Positions 1-8,382 of a stretch of DNA of 64,000 nt are shown piece by piece. The position numbers and the translations under genes were made by a program. A model generated the notes under the pieces. It was not told the DNA's origin, ran no database searches, and saw only the letters and a program-made list of their open reading frames with translations. Numbering within the stretch: position 1 is the first letter of the stretch; each line of letters opens with the position of its first letter. Source of the stretch: Candidatus Aenigmatarchaeota archaeon (lineage in GTDB: Archaea > Aenigmatarchaeota > Aenigmatarchaeia > GW2011-AR5 > JAGGXF01); contig JAGGVU010000013.1 of assembly GCA_021157845.1 (NCBI GenBank), forward strand, positions 11,192 to 75,191. The letters run 5' to 3'.

Positions 1-59
1 TTATCATTCTTAACAAATATTTAAAAAGGTTTAAGAAAGAATCGCGGCCCATAAGAAAA

Positions 60-243
60 TGCGGTGACCGGGAATTTCACTACCATTTCTCTTTTACATT
101 CAAGCTTTTCTCTTTTTAAGAGAAAAGGTTGATTTGAACCCGAGTCTTAACCTTGGCAAGGTTATGTCCTAACCAAATTTTCCAGTCTTTTCCGCAAGCG
201 CTTTTGCGACGAAGTCGGAAAAGGGCTTCTAGACTATCACCGC
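60..243 (-). tRNA. tRNA-Gly(GCC) with two predicted introns (D-loop, T-loop)
   Basis: Reverse complement reads GCGGTGA-TA-GTCTAGA[~50 nt insert]TTGGTTAGGAC-A-TAACC-TTGCCAA-GGTTA-..-TCGGG-TTCAAAT[~58 nt insert]CCCGG-TCACCGC-A. Acceptor, anticodon and T stems pair. The anticodon loop is uninterrupted. Confidence 0.75.
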
Positions 244-452
244 ATTAGTTTATAATTAAAATACAACATATTTAAAAATCTTTAGATATCGTGAATTTAA
301 TAAAATTCACTTTTAGTTGTACGATAAATCCATATGCGGAAGAGAAGTGCAACGAGGTTTCCACATAAGTTGTGCTCAACATCCCAAGCATTAGCGAACA
401 TCTAATGCGAACGATCAAAAGAGATGAAGAGGTCAGCTGAAGCCTAGTGATT

Positions 453-1049
453 TTACTGTATTCTTCTTTTAAATTCTTCTATTATTTTTTCATATCCTTC
501 TCTTTGTACAATTTCCCATGATTTTTTATATTCTGGTAGAAAACTTATTAACTTTATATCTCGGATGAGTCTTTTTTTATCAAAAAATTTTAGATAAATG
601 TGGTTGTGAATCGCATGAAGAGGAATATGAATTCTTGTTGTGAGCGGCTCTTTTCTATATTTCCTGTTAATATAATCCCAGGCTTTTTTTGATTTTTCTA
701 TATTTCCTCTTTGGATAAACAATTGATGAATCAACTCGTGAACTAAAACATCAATAAAATAATCGGGCTTATCATAAACAGGTAATGTTAACGGATCAGA
801 GAACGGGATACATCTTCCAACTACATAACAATAAATAATTTTAGATTTCCATTTTAAACCAATCACTTTAGAAAGTTCCTTAAGGATATTTTTTTCATCC
901 TTCCTCCACAATTTCTCCACTTTCTCAATATAGTTCAGAATCTGTTTTGCAGAAGGATATTTATCTTTTTTTCTTTTGTAGATTTTAATCCATTCTTTCC
1001 AGTTTTGGTCATAAACCCATGAATATTTGAAAATAATTTTTGGTATCAT
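453..1049 (-). CDS. hypothetical protein with HExxH (VHELIHQ) zincin-like motif
   Basis: 198-aa ORF with a single HELIH motif. No other recognisable domain. Confidence 0.45.
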   Translation of the reverse strand: MIPKIIFKYSWVYDQNWKEWIKIYKRKKDKYPSAKQILNYIEKVEKLWRKDEKNILKELSKVIGLKWKSKIIYCYVVGRCIPFSDPLTLPVYDKPDYFIDVLVHELIHQLFIQRGNIEKSKKAWDYINRKYRKEPLTTRIHIPLHAIHNHIYLKFFDKKRLIRDIKLISFLPEYKKSWEIVQREGYEKIIEEFKRRIQ

Positions 1050-1275
1050 AGTTTATATAATAATTGTATATTATAAAAATCTATTTATCCTAGGCCGGCT
1101 AGGGTACGCTTTTATAAACTTAGTTTCGTTAACTCCTAAATTGTATAATACTCTAAACCAAAAACACCATATCTGAACTATGTGATTTTAAATCATAAAT
1201 TAGCTCACTACTCCGTTAGATATTTAAGGAAGTGGTTATAATAATCACTATCGGTAAACCTTAAAGGTGATATCT

Positions 1276-2184
1276 ATGAATGTATTTGACTTGATTATAT
1301 TGGGCGCTGGCCCGGCTGGCTTATCTGCAGCCATTTATGCAAGCAGGTATAATCTAAATTTTTTAGTTGTCAGAAAAGATAAGGGACTTGCATCAGAAAC
1401 AAATGAAGTTGAAAATTATCTTGGCATATATCCTGTGACAGGGTTAGAACTGACTAACAGATTTGAGACCCATGCAAAAAATTTTGGCACAAAAATAATT
1501 AACGAGGAAATTATATCAATTGAAAAGAAGGATAAGGCTTTTACGGTCAAGACCATTAACGGTGAGTATAAGTCAAGAGCAATAATATATGCAGTTGGTG
1601 GAAAAAAAAGAAAGCTTGAGGTTGAAGGAGAAAAAAAATTTATTGGCAAAGGCGTTAGTTATTGCGCAACATGTGATGCGCCATTTTTTAAAAATAAAAC
1701 AGTTGGTGTAGTTGGTGGAGCAAATGCAGCTGTTGAAGCTGCTCTGCTTTTATCAGAATTTGCTCAAAAAGTCTATATTATATATAGAAAGGATAAACTT
1801 AGGGCAGTTCCATACCTTGTGGAAAAAATTAAGCAGAGAAAAAATATAGAAGTCCTCTATAACAATACTGTAAAAAAAATAAACGGGAAAATTTCTGTTG
1901 AATCTGTCAAGTTGGATAATGAAAAAGAGCTTAAAATGGATGGACTATTTGTTGAAATCGGACATGTGCCAAATTACCAGTTGGCAGAAAAATTGGGCGT
2001 AAAAATATCAGAAGATAAAAGAGTGGTTGTTGATCAAAATATGTCGACAAATATAGCAGGATTTTTTGCTGCTGGAGATGTTACAACAGGGAGTAATAAA
2101 TTTGATCAAATAATAACAGCAGCTGCAGAAGGTGCAATCGCTGCTAGCGCTGCATATAAATTTATTTTAAAGGGAGATGATTAA
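1276..2184 (+). CDS. trxB: thioredoxin-disulfide reductase
   Basis: GAGPAG FAD-binding motif, CATCD redox-active dithiol, second GG(A)NAA dinucleotide motif, GD(V)T motif near the C-terminus. The ATG at 1276 sits 6 nt after GGTGA. The track start at 1267 is a GTG. Confidence 0.9.
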   Translation: MNVFDLIILGAGPAGLSAAIYASRYNLNFLVVRKDKGLASETNEVENYLGIYPVTGLELTNRFETHAKNFGTKIINEEIISIEKKDKAFTVKTINGEYKSRAIIYAVGGKKRKLEVEGEKKFIGKGVSYCATCDAPFFKNKTVGVVGGANAAVEAALLLSEFAQKVYIIYRKDKLRAVPYLVEKIKQRKNIEVLYNNTVKKINGKISVESVKLDNEKELKMDGLFVEIGHVPNYQLAEKLGVKISEDKRVVVDQNMSTNIAGFFAAGDVTTGSNKFDQIITAAAEGAIAASAAYKFILKGDD

Positions 2185-3402
2185 ATGAAAACATTTGACA
2201 TTATAAAGAAGAGGATAAACAGAGTTTCAAAACTTATGAACTTGAGTGATAGAGAAGTTGACGTTATTTTGTCCTATAAAAGAATAAAACATGCAAAATT
2301 GAATATAGGTGAAAAATCATATGAGGCCATGAGAATTTTACATAATGACGCTATAGGTCCCGGGAAAGGAGGCATAAGATACCATCCGGACGTATGCGAA
2401 GACGAAGTAAAATCACTTGCATTTTGGATGAGCCTAAAAAACTCTTTAGCAGGTCTGCCTTATGGCGGTGCAAAGGGTGGAATAAAAGTTAACCCAAAAA
2501 AATTAAATAAAAAGGAACTGGAGAAATTGAGTAGAGCATTTATAAGGGAATTTCACAATGTTCTTGGCCAAGATATAGACATACCTGCCCCTGATGTATA
2601 TACGAATTCAGAGATAATGGGCTGGATGTTGGATGAGTATGAAAAAATAAAAGGCAAACATGAACCAGGAATGATAACTGGAAAGCCACTATCACTTCAG
2701 GGGTGCAAGCTAAGAGCAACTGCAACTGCCAGTGGTGCATTTATTGTCTTGAAGGAGTTTTTAACAAAGATTGGCAAAAACCCATCTGAACTGTGCGTGT
2801 CTATCCAAGGCTTTGGAAATGCCGGCAAAAATATTGCAACTATGCTATATAAGGACGGATTTAAGATTATTGCTGTTGCTGATAGTAAAGGCGGAGTTAT
2901 TGATAAAGATGGGCTAGATATAACAGAAGTGATAAAAACAAAAGATGAGAAAGGGTCAGTCACAGAGTATGGTGACAAAAAAATAACGAATAAAGAGCTT
3001 CTGGAAATGGAAACGGATTTATTAATTCTTGCTGCACTTGAAAACCAGATTACAGAGAAAAATGCAGATAAAATAAAGGCAAAATACATTTTAGAAATAG
3101 CTAACGGTCCTGTAACAGAAGAAGCAGATGAAATACTATACAAAAGGAATATATCAGTAATACCAGACATTTTAGCAAATGCCGGCGGTGTTGTTGTCAG
3201 TTACTTTGAATGGGCCCAAAATAGAACAGGCAACATGTTTGAAGATGACTATCTTGAAAAAAGACTAAAAGATATTATGACATCCTCTTTCCAAAAGGTA
3301 TATGATATGCATAAAAAGAAAAAAATAGATATGAGAACTGCTGCATATATAATAGCAATAAAAAGAATTTTGGATGCAGAAAAAGCAAGGGGACGGTTGT
3401 AA
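2185..3402 (+). CDS. gdhA: glutamate dehydrogenase (Glu/Leu/Phe/Val dehydrogenase family)
   Basis: GPGKGGIRYHP and LPYGGAKGG catalytic motifs, GFGNAG Rossmann motif. The ATG directly follows the trxB stop codon. Confidence 0.9.
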   Translation: MKTFDIIKKRINRVSKLMNLSDREVDVILSYKRIKHAKLNIGEKSYEAMRILHNDAIGPGKGGIRYHPDVCEDEVKSLAFWMSLKNSLAGLPYGGAKGGIKVNPKKLNKKELEKLSRAFIREFHNVLGQDIDIPAPDVYTNSEIMGWMLDEYEKIKGKHEPGMITGKPLSLQGCKLRATATASGAFIVLKEFLTKIGKNPSELCVSIQGFGNAGKNIATMLYKDGFKIIAVADSKGGVIDKDGLDITEVIKTKDEKGSVTEYGDKKITNKELLEMETDLLILAALENQITEKNADKIKAKYILEIANGPVTEEADEILYKRNISVIPDILANAGGVVVSYFEWAQNRTGNMFEDDYLEKRLKDIMTSSFQKVYDMHKKKKIDMRTAAYIIAIKRILDAEKARGRL

Positions 3403-3560
3403 ACTGCTGAATTGCATCAACTTTGGCAGTAAATAATAATTCTGTATTATATGGGAAAAGTAAAACTGTCAGCTAAGCCTATTCAACAATTTGTTGATCT
3501 ATAGTGTATTTGGCGTTAAAGTCAGTTCTTGCCCTAATACAGCTATAGAAAAATATTTAT

Positions 3561-3593
3561 AAAAAATAAAAGGAAAAAATAAAAAAAATAAAA
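3561..3593 (-). terminator. oligo-T tract (archaeal-type terminator candidate) downstream of the 3599..4234 gene
   Basis: On the minus strand, several T-runs (T4-T8) start a few nt after the stop codon. Confidence 0.35.
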
Positions 3594-3598
3594 GATTA

Positions 3599-4234
3599 CT
3601 ACTTCTTGAACTTGTACTTCTTTATATAATTCTTTGAAATGTCTGAAACAGCATCCTTTAGCCCAAGTCCTAATGCAATTGCAAGTCCGAGACCAACCGA
3701 AGCGACAATGACTAATAGTATGTTAGATACTAGTCCGCTTGGCACTCCGAGAACTGGTAATGCTATAGCCACTGCAACATACATTATAAAGAAGAATATT
3801 AGTTTACCGACTATGTTAGAATATATTGTTTCTCCCTTTTTCACTTGTTCTTTTATGTATTCTGCAATCACATATGCTACAATTATAATCAATGCTGCAC
3901 CAATTATAGATGGTATAAATGTTGTAATTCTTACTATCCACCCTGATAATGTCGGAATCTGAAGAACATCTATCGCTGCTGAAATAAACGCAAGGTAAAT
4001 CCACCACCGTGTAATCAGAGCAAATATATCTGTCAGACTTACTCTTGGTTTAGCTGTTTCTGAAACATAGTAATCTAATTTAGCTCTCTGTAGTATGTGC
4101 TTTACAGCCTTGCCTACTAATTTGCCCACAAACAAACCTATTATTAATAAAATAAGTCCGCTTATAAATTTTGGTAAAAAACTTATAAAGTGGGCCCAAA
4201 GTAGACTCATCATGCTGATTGCCTCTATTTCCAT
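3599..4234 (-). CDS. multi-pass membrane protein, unknown function
   Basis: 211 aa with at least five long hydrophobic segments and a Lys-rich C-terminus. Confidence 0.6.
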   Translation of the reverse strand: MEIEAISMMSLLWAHFISFLPKFISGLILLIIGLFVGKLVGKAVKHILQRAKLDYYVSETAKPRVSLTDIFALITRWWIYLAFISAAIDVLQIPTLSGWIVRITTFIPSIIGAALIIIVAYVIAEYIKEQVKKGETIYSNIVGKLIFFFIMYVAVAIALPVLGVPSGLVSNILLVIVASVGLGLAIALGLGLKDAVSDISKNYIKKYKFKK

Positions 4235-4655
4235 TTTTTAACCTCCTTTAATTTAAATTGTATTAAGCAACCAAATACATGATTGCTCATTTTTATTAAC
4301 TTTTTCCCATTAATAAAGGTTTTGGTTTAGGCTTTTCTTACTGCATTCTGATAAAATTTATTGGAGTTTATGTTCAGAGTGTGTTAGATTTTTAATTAAT
4401 TTGTTACTATTGTGCTTATCAGATATAATTATATCTAAGAATGACGCCACATTTGTCTCTTTGATTAAAGTGGCTTCCATGCGCAACATGTTAGTGAGCC
4501 TATCTGTGCGTGGTTTTTGCAACTGAGCATAAATGTTATATGCTCAGAACACAAGCCGACTACTAACGTCGCGCCTAATATTCAGAGCACTCCAAACTTG
4601 AATAGCATCTGGAATATAATTATAAAATATTTGAACCTGAACTAGAACCCGCTAG

Positions 4656-5225
4656 TTAATGTTGTTGTTTTATTGGAAAAATTCCTTCAAGGCAGTAGAC
4701 AGTTAATTTGCCTTCACATTTATCTCTTTCACAGATTGGTGTCATATTACATAAAGGACACAACTTAACAGTTAGCTCATTTTTGTCTACTTCAAGGGTT
4801 CCTTGTTTATCATGCAATTTGTACAGGAGCTTGAGGTATTTACCTTCTGCAATTCTTGGCACTTTGTCCTTGTTTTTCAGCCCAACCCATTCATAGAGCC
4901 TTTTACCACCCTTGGATGAATTGCACTTCTTACAAACTTTTATTGCATTATCAGGAGTATCTGGTCCACCACAAGACTTTGGCAAAATATGCTCAACCGT
5001 CAAATTTTCTTTTGAGCCACAGTAAATACACTCATTTGGTTTCTCATGTTCCTTAATCCATTCTCTAATAGCAGTCGACCATTTTATCTTGCCATCTCTC
5101 AAGGCAATAAAACGATTCATCTGAAATGCTCTTTGATTTATACCAAATCCTGCAGACTTAGAAATTAGTTTAGCGTATTGCCAGAAAATTTCATCCTTTA
5201 TTGTTTTTACAACTGCCGGCGGCAT
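4656..5225 (-). CDS. HNH endonuclease domain protein
   Basis: [38 protein letters not shown] is a classic HNH (CxxC...H...N...H/CxxC) signature. There is an extra C-terminal Cys cluster. Confidence 0.8.
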   Translation of the reverse strand: MPPAVVKTIKDEIFWQYAKLISKSAGFGINQRAFQMNRFIALRDGKIKWSTAIREWIKEHEKPNECIYCGSKENLTVEHILPKSCGGPDTPDNAIKVCKKCNSSKGGKRLYEWVGLKNKDKVPRIAEGKYLKLLYKLHDKQGTLEVDKNELTVKLCPLCNMTPICERDKCEGKLTVYCLEGIFPIKQQH

Positions 5226-5293
5226 AATTTACCCTCTTTTATCTATAAAGATTGCATCCTCTATAGACTTTAATTCCTATTACGCAACATGAA

Positions 5294-5499
5294 CGCTGGG
5301 AGAGGGATTCGAACCCCCACGTGCATCCATATCAATCAGATAAATCTGATAAATACAATGGCACACTAGCTACCAAGTTTTCTCTGCAACCAGCGTAAAA
5401 CTGGTTCAGTGACTCATCATGTCCGCCGAGTCAGAGTCAAGCCATGTCTTCATCGAAAACCTCAAGGCTAGCGCGTTAACCTGGTTCCGCAATCCCAGC
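5294..5499 (-). tRNA. tRNA-Ser(UGA), type II, with a long anticodon-loop intron and a probable second insert in the variable arm
   Basis: Reverse complement: GCTGGGA-TT-GCGGAACCAGGTTAACGC-G-CTAGC-CTTGAG[~110 nt]A-GCTAG-TGTGC[~36 nt]GCACG-T-GGGGG-TTCGAAT-CCCTC-TCCCAGC-G. Confidence 0.7.
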
Positions 5500-5533
5500 A
5501 CTATAATTATCAGAGCAGGTAAAAATATAAAAA

Positions 5534-5706
5534 CGCCGAGGGCAGGATTTTCACAAATCTTTCTTCGGTTTCAAGTTTCTTTGGGATCGAAGACCGACGT
5601 GCAAAGCACGTCAAGTTGTTTTCGAAATGGATTTGGTTCGAACCTGCACGTCCAGAGGACACACGGTCTCGAGCCGTGCGCGTTAACCTGGTTCCGCCAC
5701 CTCGGC
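5534..5706 (-). tRNA. tRNA-Ser(CGA), type II, with an intron in the T-loop
   Basis: Reverse complement: GCCGAGG-TG-GCGGAACCAGGTTAACGC-G-CACGG-CTCGAGA-CCGTG-TGTCCTCTGGACGT-GCAGG-TTCGAA[~88 nt]T-CCTGC-CCTCGGC-G. Confidence 0.75.
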
Positions 5707-5776
5707 ACTGTTATTTGTATACGCAATAAATATACTTAAAATCATACTTAAAAATATTCCCGATGATTATAAATCT

Positions 5777-5977
5777 ATGAAATTAGCAGTTAAATACGAC
5801 AAAAAAATGAAAATTATTGAACTCGAAGATGGGACAAAAGTCTTAGATTTGCTTAAGAAACTTAAAATAAATTTAGAAGAGGTCATATGCAAAAGAAATA
5901 ACAAAATTGTTACAGAATTTGAAATGCTGAAGAATAAAGATAATATCGAAATAATAAATATAACAACAGGCGGTTAG
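5777..5977 (+). CDS. ThiS/MoaD/TtuB-type ubiquitin-fold sulfur carrier (C-terminal GG)
   Basis: 66 aa ending in ..ITTGG immediately before the stop. Sits two genes upstream of a TtuA/NcsA-type PP-loop ATPase. Confidence 0.65.
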   Translation: MKLAVKYDKKMKIIELEDGTKVLDLLKKLKINLEEVICKRNNKIVTEFEMLKNKDNIEIINITTGG

Positions 5978-6616
5978 ATGAATTACTTTTTTGACCTGGA
6001 TAACACATTGTTAAAGCACAATATTTATACAACTGATTTTTGGATAAAAAATATTGGAGCAAAGACAGCAAAAGAGTTTGGAATAAAAATAACTAAAAAT
6101 AAATGGAAAAAAATATTTGAAGGAGAAATACATATTAATAAGCTTATAAAAAACCAAAATATAGAAACAAAAAAATTTTGGAGCAAGCTAAATAAGGCAG
6201 ATTTAGAAATCAGAAAAAAATTGCTAAAGAACCCAAATGATATAGAACTTTTTGAAGATGTCCAAGTTATAAAGAATCTTAGTGGAAAAAAAGCAATAAT
6301 TTCTAACACAGCACAAGAGTCTATAATTTTTTGTCTTAAACATTTTGGAATTCATAATTATTTTGATATTATAATTGGAAACAACGGAAAAAATGTAAAT
6401 AAGCTGAAACCATTTCCAGACTCTATTCTGGAAGCAATTAAAATTCTTGGCATCAAAAAAAATGATGTAATATTTGTCGGAGATGAGATAAGGGACTTAA
6501 AAGCTGGGAAAGCAGCAGGTGTAAAGACAATTATCATAAATAGAAATGGAAACAAAATAGATTTCGGTGATTTAAAACCAGATAGAATAATTAGATCGCT
6601 AAAAGAGTTGTTATAG
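5978..6616 (+). CDS. HAD-superfamily hydrolase (subfamily IA-like phosphatase)
   Basis: DLDNTL motif I, ISNT motif II, KPFPD Lys motif, VGDEIRD motif IV. Confidence 0.75.
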   Translation: MNYFFDLDNTLLKHNIYTTDFWIKNIGAKTAKEFGIKITKNKWKKIFEGEIHINKLIKNQNIETKKFWSKLNKADLEIRKKLLKNPNDIELFEDVQVIKNLSGKKAIISNTAQESIIFCLKHFGIHNYFDIIIGNNGKNVNKLKPFPDSILEAIKILGIKKNDVIFVGDEIRDLKAGKAAGVKTIIINRNGNKIDFGDLKPDRIIRSLKELL

Positions 6617-7525
6617 ATGAAATGCTCTTGCGGAAGAGAAGCAATATATTATAGAAGGTATGAAGGAAGATTTTACTGCGAAAATTGTCTGAGTAAACAA
6701 ATAGAAAAAACATTCAAACAAACCATTGGAAAATATCATCTCTTGGATAAGAAAGATCATGTTATTGTTGCTGTTTCTGGAGGAAAGGATAGCGGCTCTT
6801 TGTTATACCTCATGAGCAAAGTATTTGGCGAAGTTAGGACAATAAAAATTTCTGCGTTAATAATCGACGAAGGGATAAAGAACTATAGAACTGTCGGAAT
6901 TAAAAAAGCAAAAGAACTCTGCACTGACTTAAATATACCGCTGCACATTGCAAGTTTTAAAGAAGAATTTGGCAAAACTATGGATAAAATAACAAAAAAG
7001 ACCGACAATCCTTGCACATTCTGCGGCGTATTCAAAAGATATCTTCTGAACAAAAAGACCCGTGAACTTGGGGGAACAAAATTAGCAGTTGGACATAATC
7101 TTAACGACGAAGCCGAAAGTATAATGATGAATCTTATACGCGGAGACCTTACAAGATTTGAAAGACTCGGACCAAAGCCAGGCCTTATAAGAAATGAAAA
7201 ATTTATTCCAAGGATCAAACCTCTTATAAAGGTGCCGGAAAAAGAATTGATGTTATTTGCTATGGTTAATAAAATACCATTCTTTAAAAGTAGATGCCCG
7301 TATTCATATAACAATGTTAGGCGGGATGTTATGAATATTATAAATGAGCTGGAGGAAAAATATCCGTCAACAAAGAAGCAAATTGTTGGGTTCTATAATT
7401 CCATAATGAAGAAAATGAAAATTGAGACAGGAGGCAAATTAAAATTCTGCAAACTTTGCGGAGAGCCGACAACCCAAGAAATATGCAAAGCGTGTGAGTT
7501 TAAAAATTTAATATCAAAATTTTAA
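6617..7525 (+). CDS. tRNA 2-thiolation PP-loop ATPase (TtuA/NcsA/TtcA family)
   Basis: N-terminal CxC..CxxC zinc finger, VAVSGGKDS PP-loop, PCTFCG, GHNLNDEAE, C-terminal CxxC..CxxC. Confidence 0.8.
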   Translation: MKCSCGREAIYYRRYEGRFYCENCLSKQIEKTFKQTIGKYHLLDKKDHVIVAVSGGKDSGSLLYLMSKVFGEVRTIKISALIIDEGIKNYRTVGIKKAKELCTDLNIPLHIASFKEEFGKTMDKITKKTDNPCTFCGVFKRYLLNKKTRELGGTKLAVGHNLNDEAESIMMNLIRGDLTRFERLGPKPGLIRNEKFIPRIKPLIKVPEKELMLFAMVNKIPFFKSRCPYSYNNVRRDVMNIINELEEKYPSTKKQIVGFYNSIMKKMKIETGGKLKFCKLCGEPTTQEICKACEFKNLISKF

Positions 7526-7551
7526 TTATCTTCTAATTTGGTGGAAGAAAA

Positions 7552-8382
7552 ATGTATCTGATAATAGTAAGAGTTGGTGAAATTTTTCTGAAATCACCAT
7601 TTGTATTTGATCAGATGAAAAAACGGCTAGCTTATAATATCCGAAATGGACTGGCTGTACAAAACATAAAATCTAAGGTTTATGAGGATCATAGTAAAAT
7701 TTTTATTGAAACAAAAAATCTTAAAAAGACAGAAAAAATTCTTTGTCACACGTTCGGGGTTTCATCGTTCTCAGTTGTAAATAAAATAGATTCGGACATA
7801 AATAAAATTAAGGCGGTAACTAAAAAAATTGCAGCCAAATGGAAAGCCGGAACTAAGTTTGCCGTGAGAACGAAAAGAATTGACAAAACGTTCAGGTATA
7901 CAAGCGAAGAAGTTAATAAAAAGATAGGAAGAGTAATATCCAAGATGGGATTTGCTGTCGATTTAACCAATCCGGACAAAGAAATTTTTATAGATATTTC
8001 AAAGAAAACATATATCTATAGCGAAAAAATAAGTGGGCCTGGTGGGCTTCCGCTAAAGCAGGCGCGTCTGGAATGTGACCTAAGAAAAAAAGAAGATATA
8101 ATCGCGGCGTGGTTTATTATGAAGCGTGGGCTTCTGCCATACTTTTCAAAAAAAAGCAAAAAAAAATTGTTGCGAATTATTGAAAAATGGGCTGTTGGAA
8201 AAGAGCTACGGTTGCCGGACAAAAAAAAGAAAAAATATATGAAAGCAATAATATCTTCTGAAACTGATATTAATAAAATCAAGGCCCTTAAAGATAAAAA
8301 GAAAAAGGTTATTCTGACCCCATTAGTTGGGCTAAATAAAGAGCATATCAAAAATAAGATAAAAAATTTAGAATTATGCTGA
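7552..8382 (+). CDS. THUMP-domain ThiI-like protein with degenerate PP-loop
   Basis: The N-terminus (VRVGEIFLKS...) and ..GPGGLPL.. match the ThiI ferredoxin-like/THUMP region. Where ThiI has SGGxDS this protein has LRKKEDI. The C-terminal PLVGLNKEHI resembles the ThiI PLIGxDKxEI motif. Confidence 0.6.
   Translation: MYLIIVRVGEIFLKSPFVFDQMKKRLAYNIRNGLAVQNIKSKVYEDHSKIFIETKNLKKTEKILCHTFGVSSFSVVNKIDSDINKIKAVTKKIAAKWKAGTKFAVRTKRIDKTFRYTSEEVNKKIGRVISKMGFAVDLTNPDKEIFIDISKKTYIYSEKISGPGGLPLKQARLECDLRKKEDIIAAWFIMKRGLLPYFSKKSKKKLLRIIEKWAVGKELRLPDKKKKKYMKAIISSETDINKIKALKDKKKKVILTPLVGLNKEHIKNKIKNLELC

Noticed and set aside
5419-5739. 106-aa plus-strand ORF
   Set aside because: It overlaps both tRNA-Ser genes on the opposite strand, and its relatively GC-rich open frame is explained by the tRNA exons. 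The ORFs at 16086-16268 (tRNA-Cys), 30682-30912 (tRNA-Arg) and 50601-50849 (tRNA-Ile) are rejected for the same reason.
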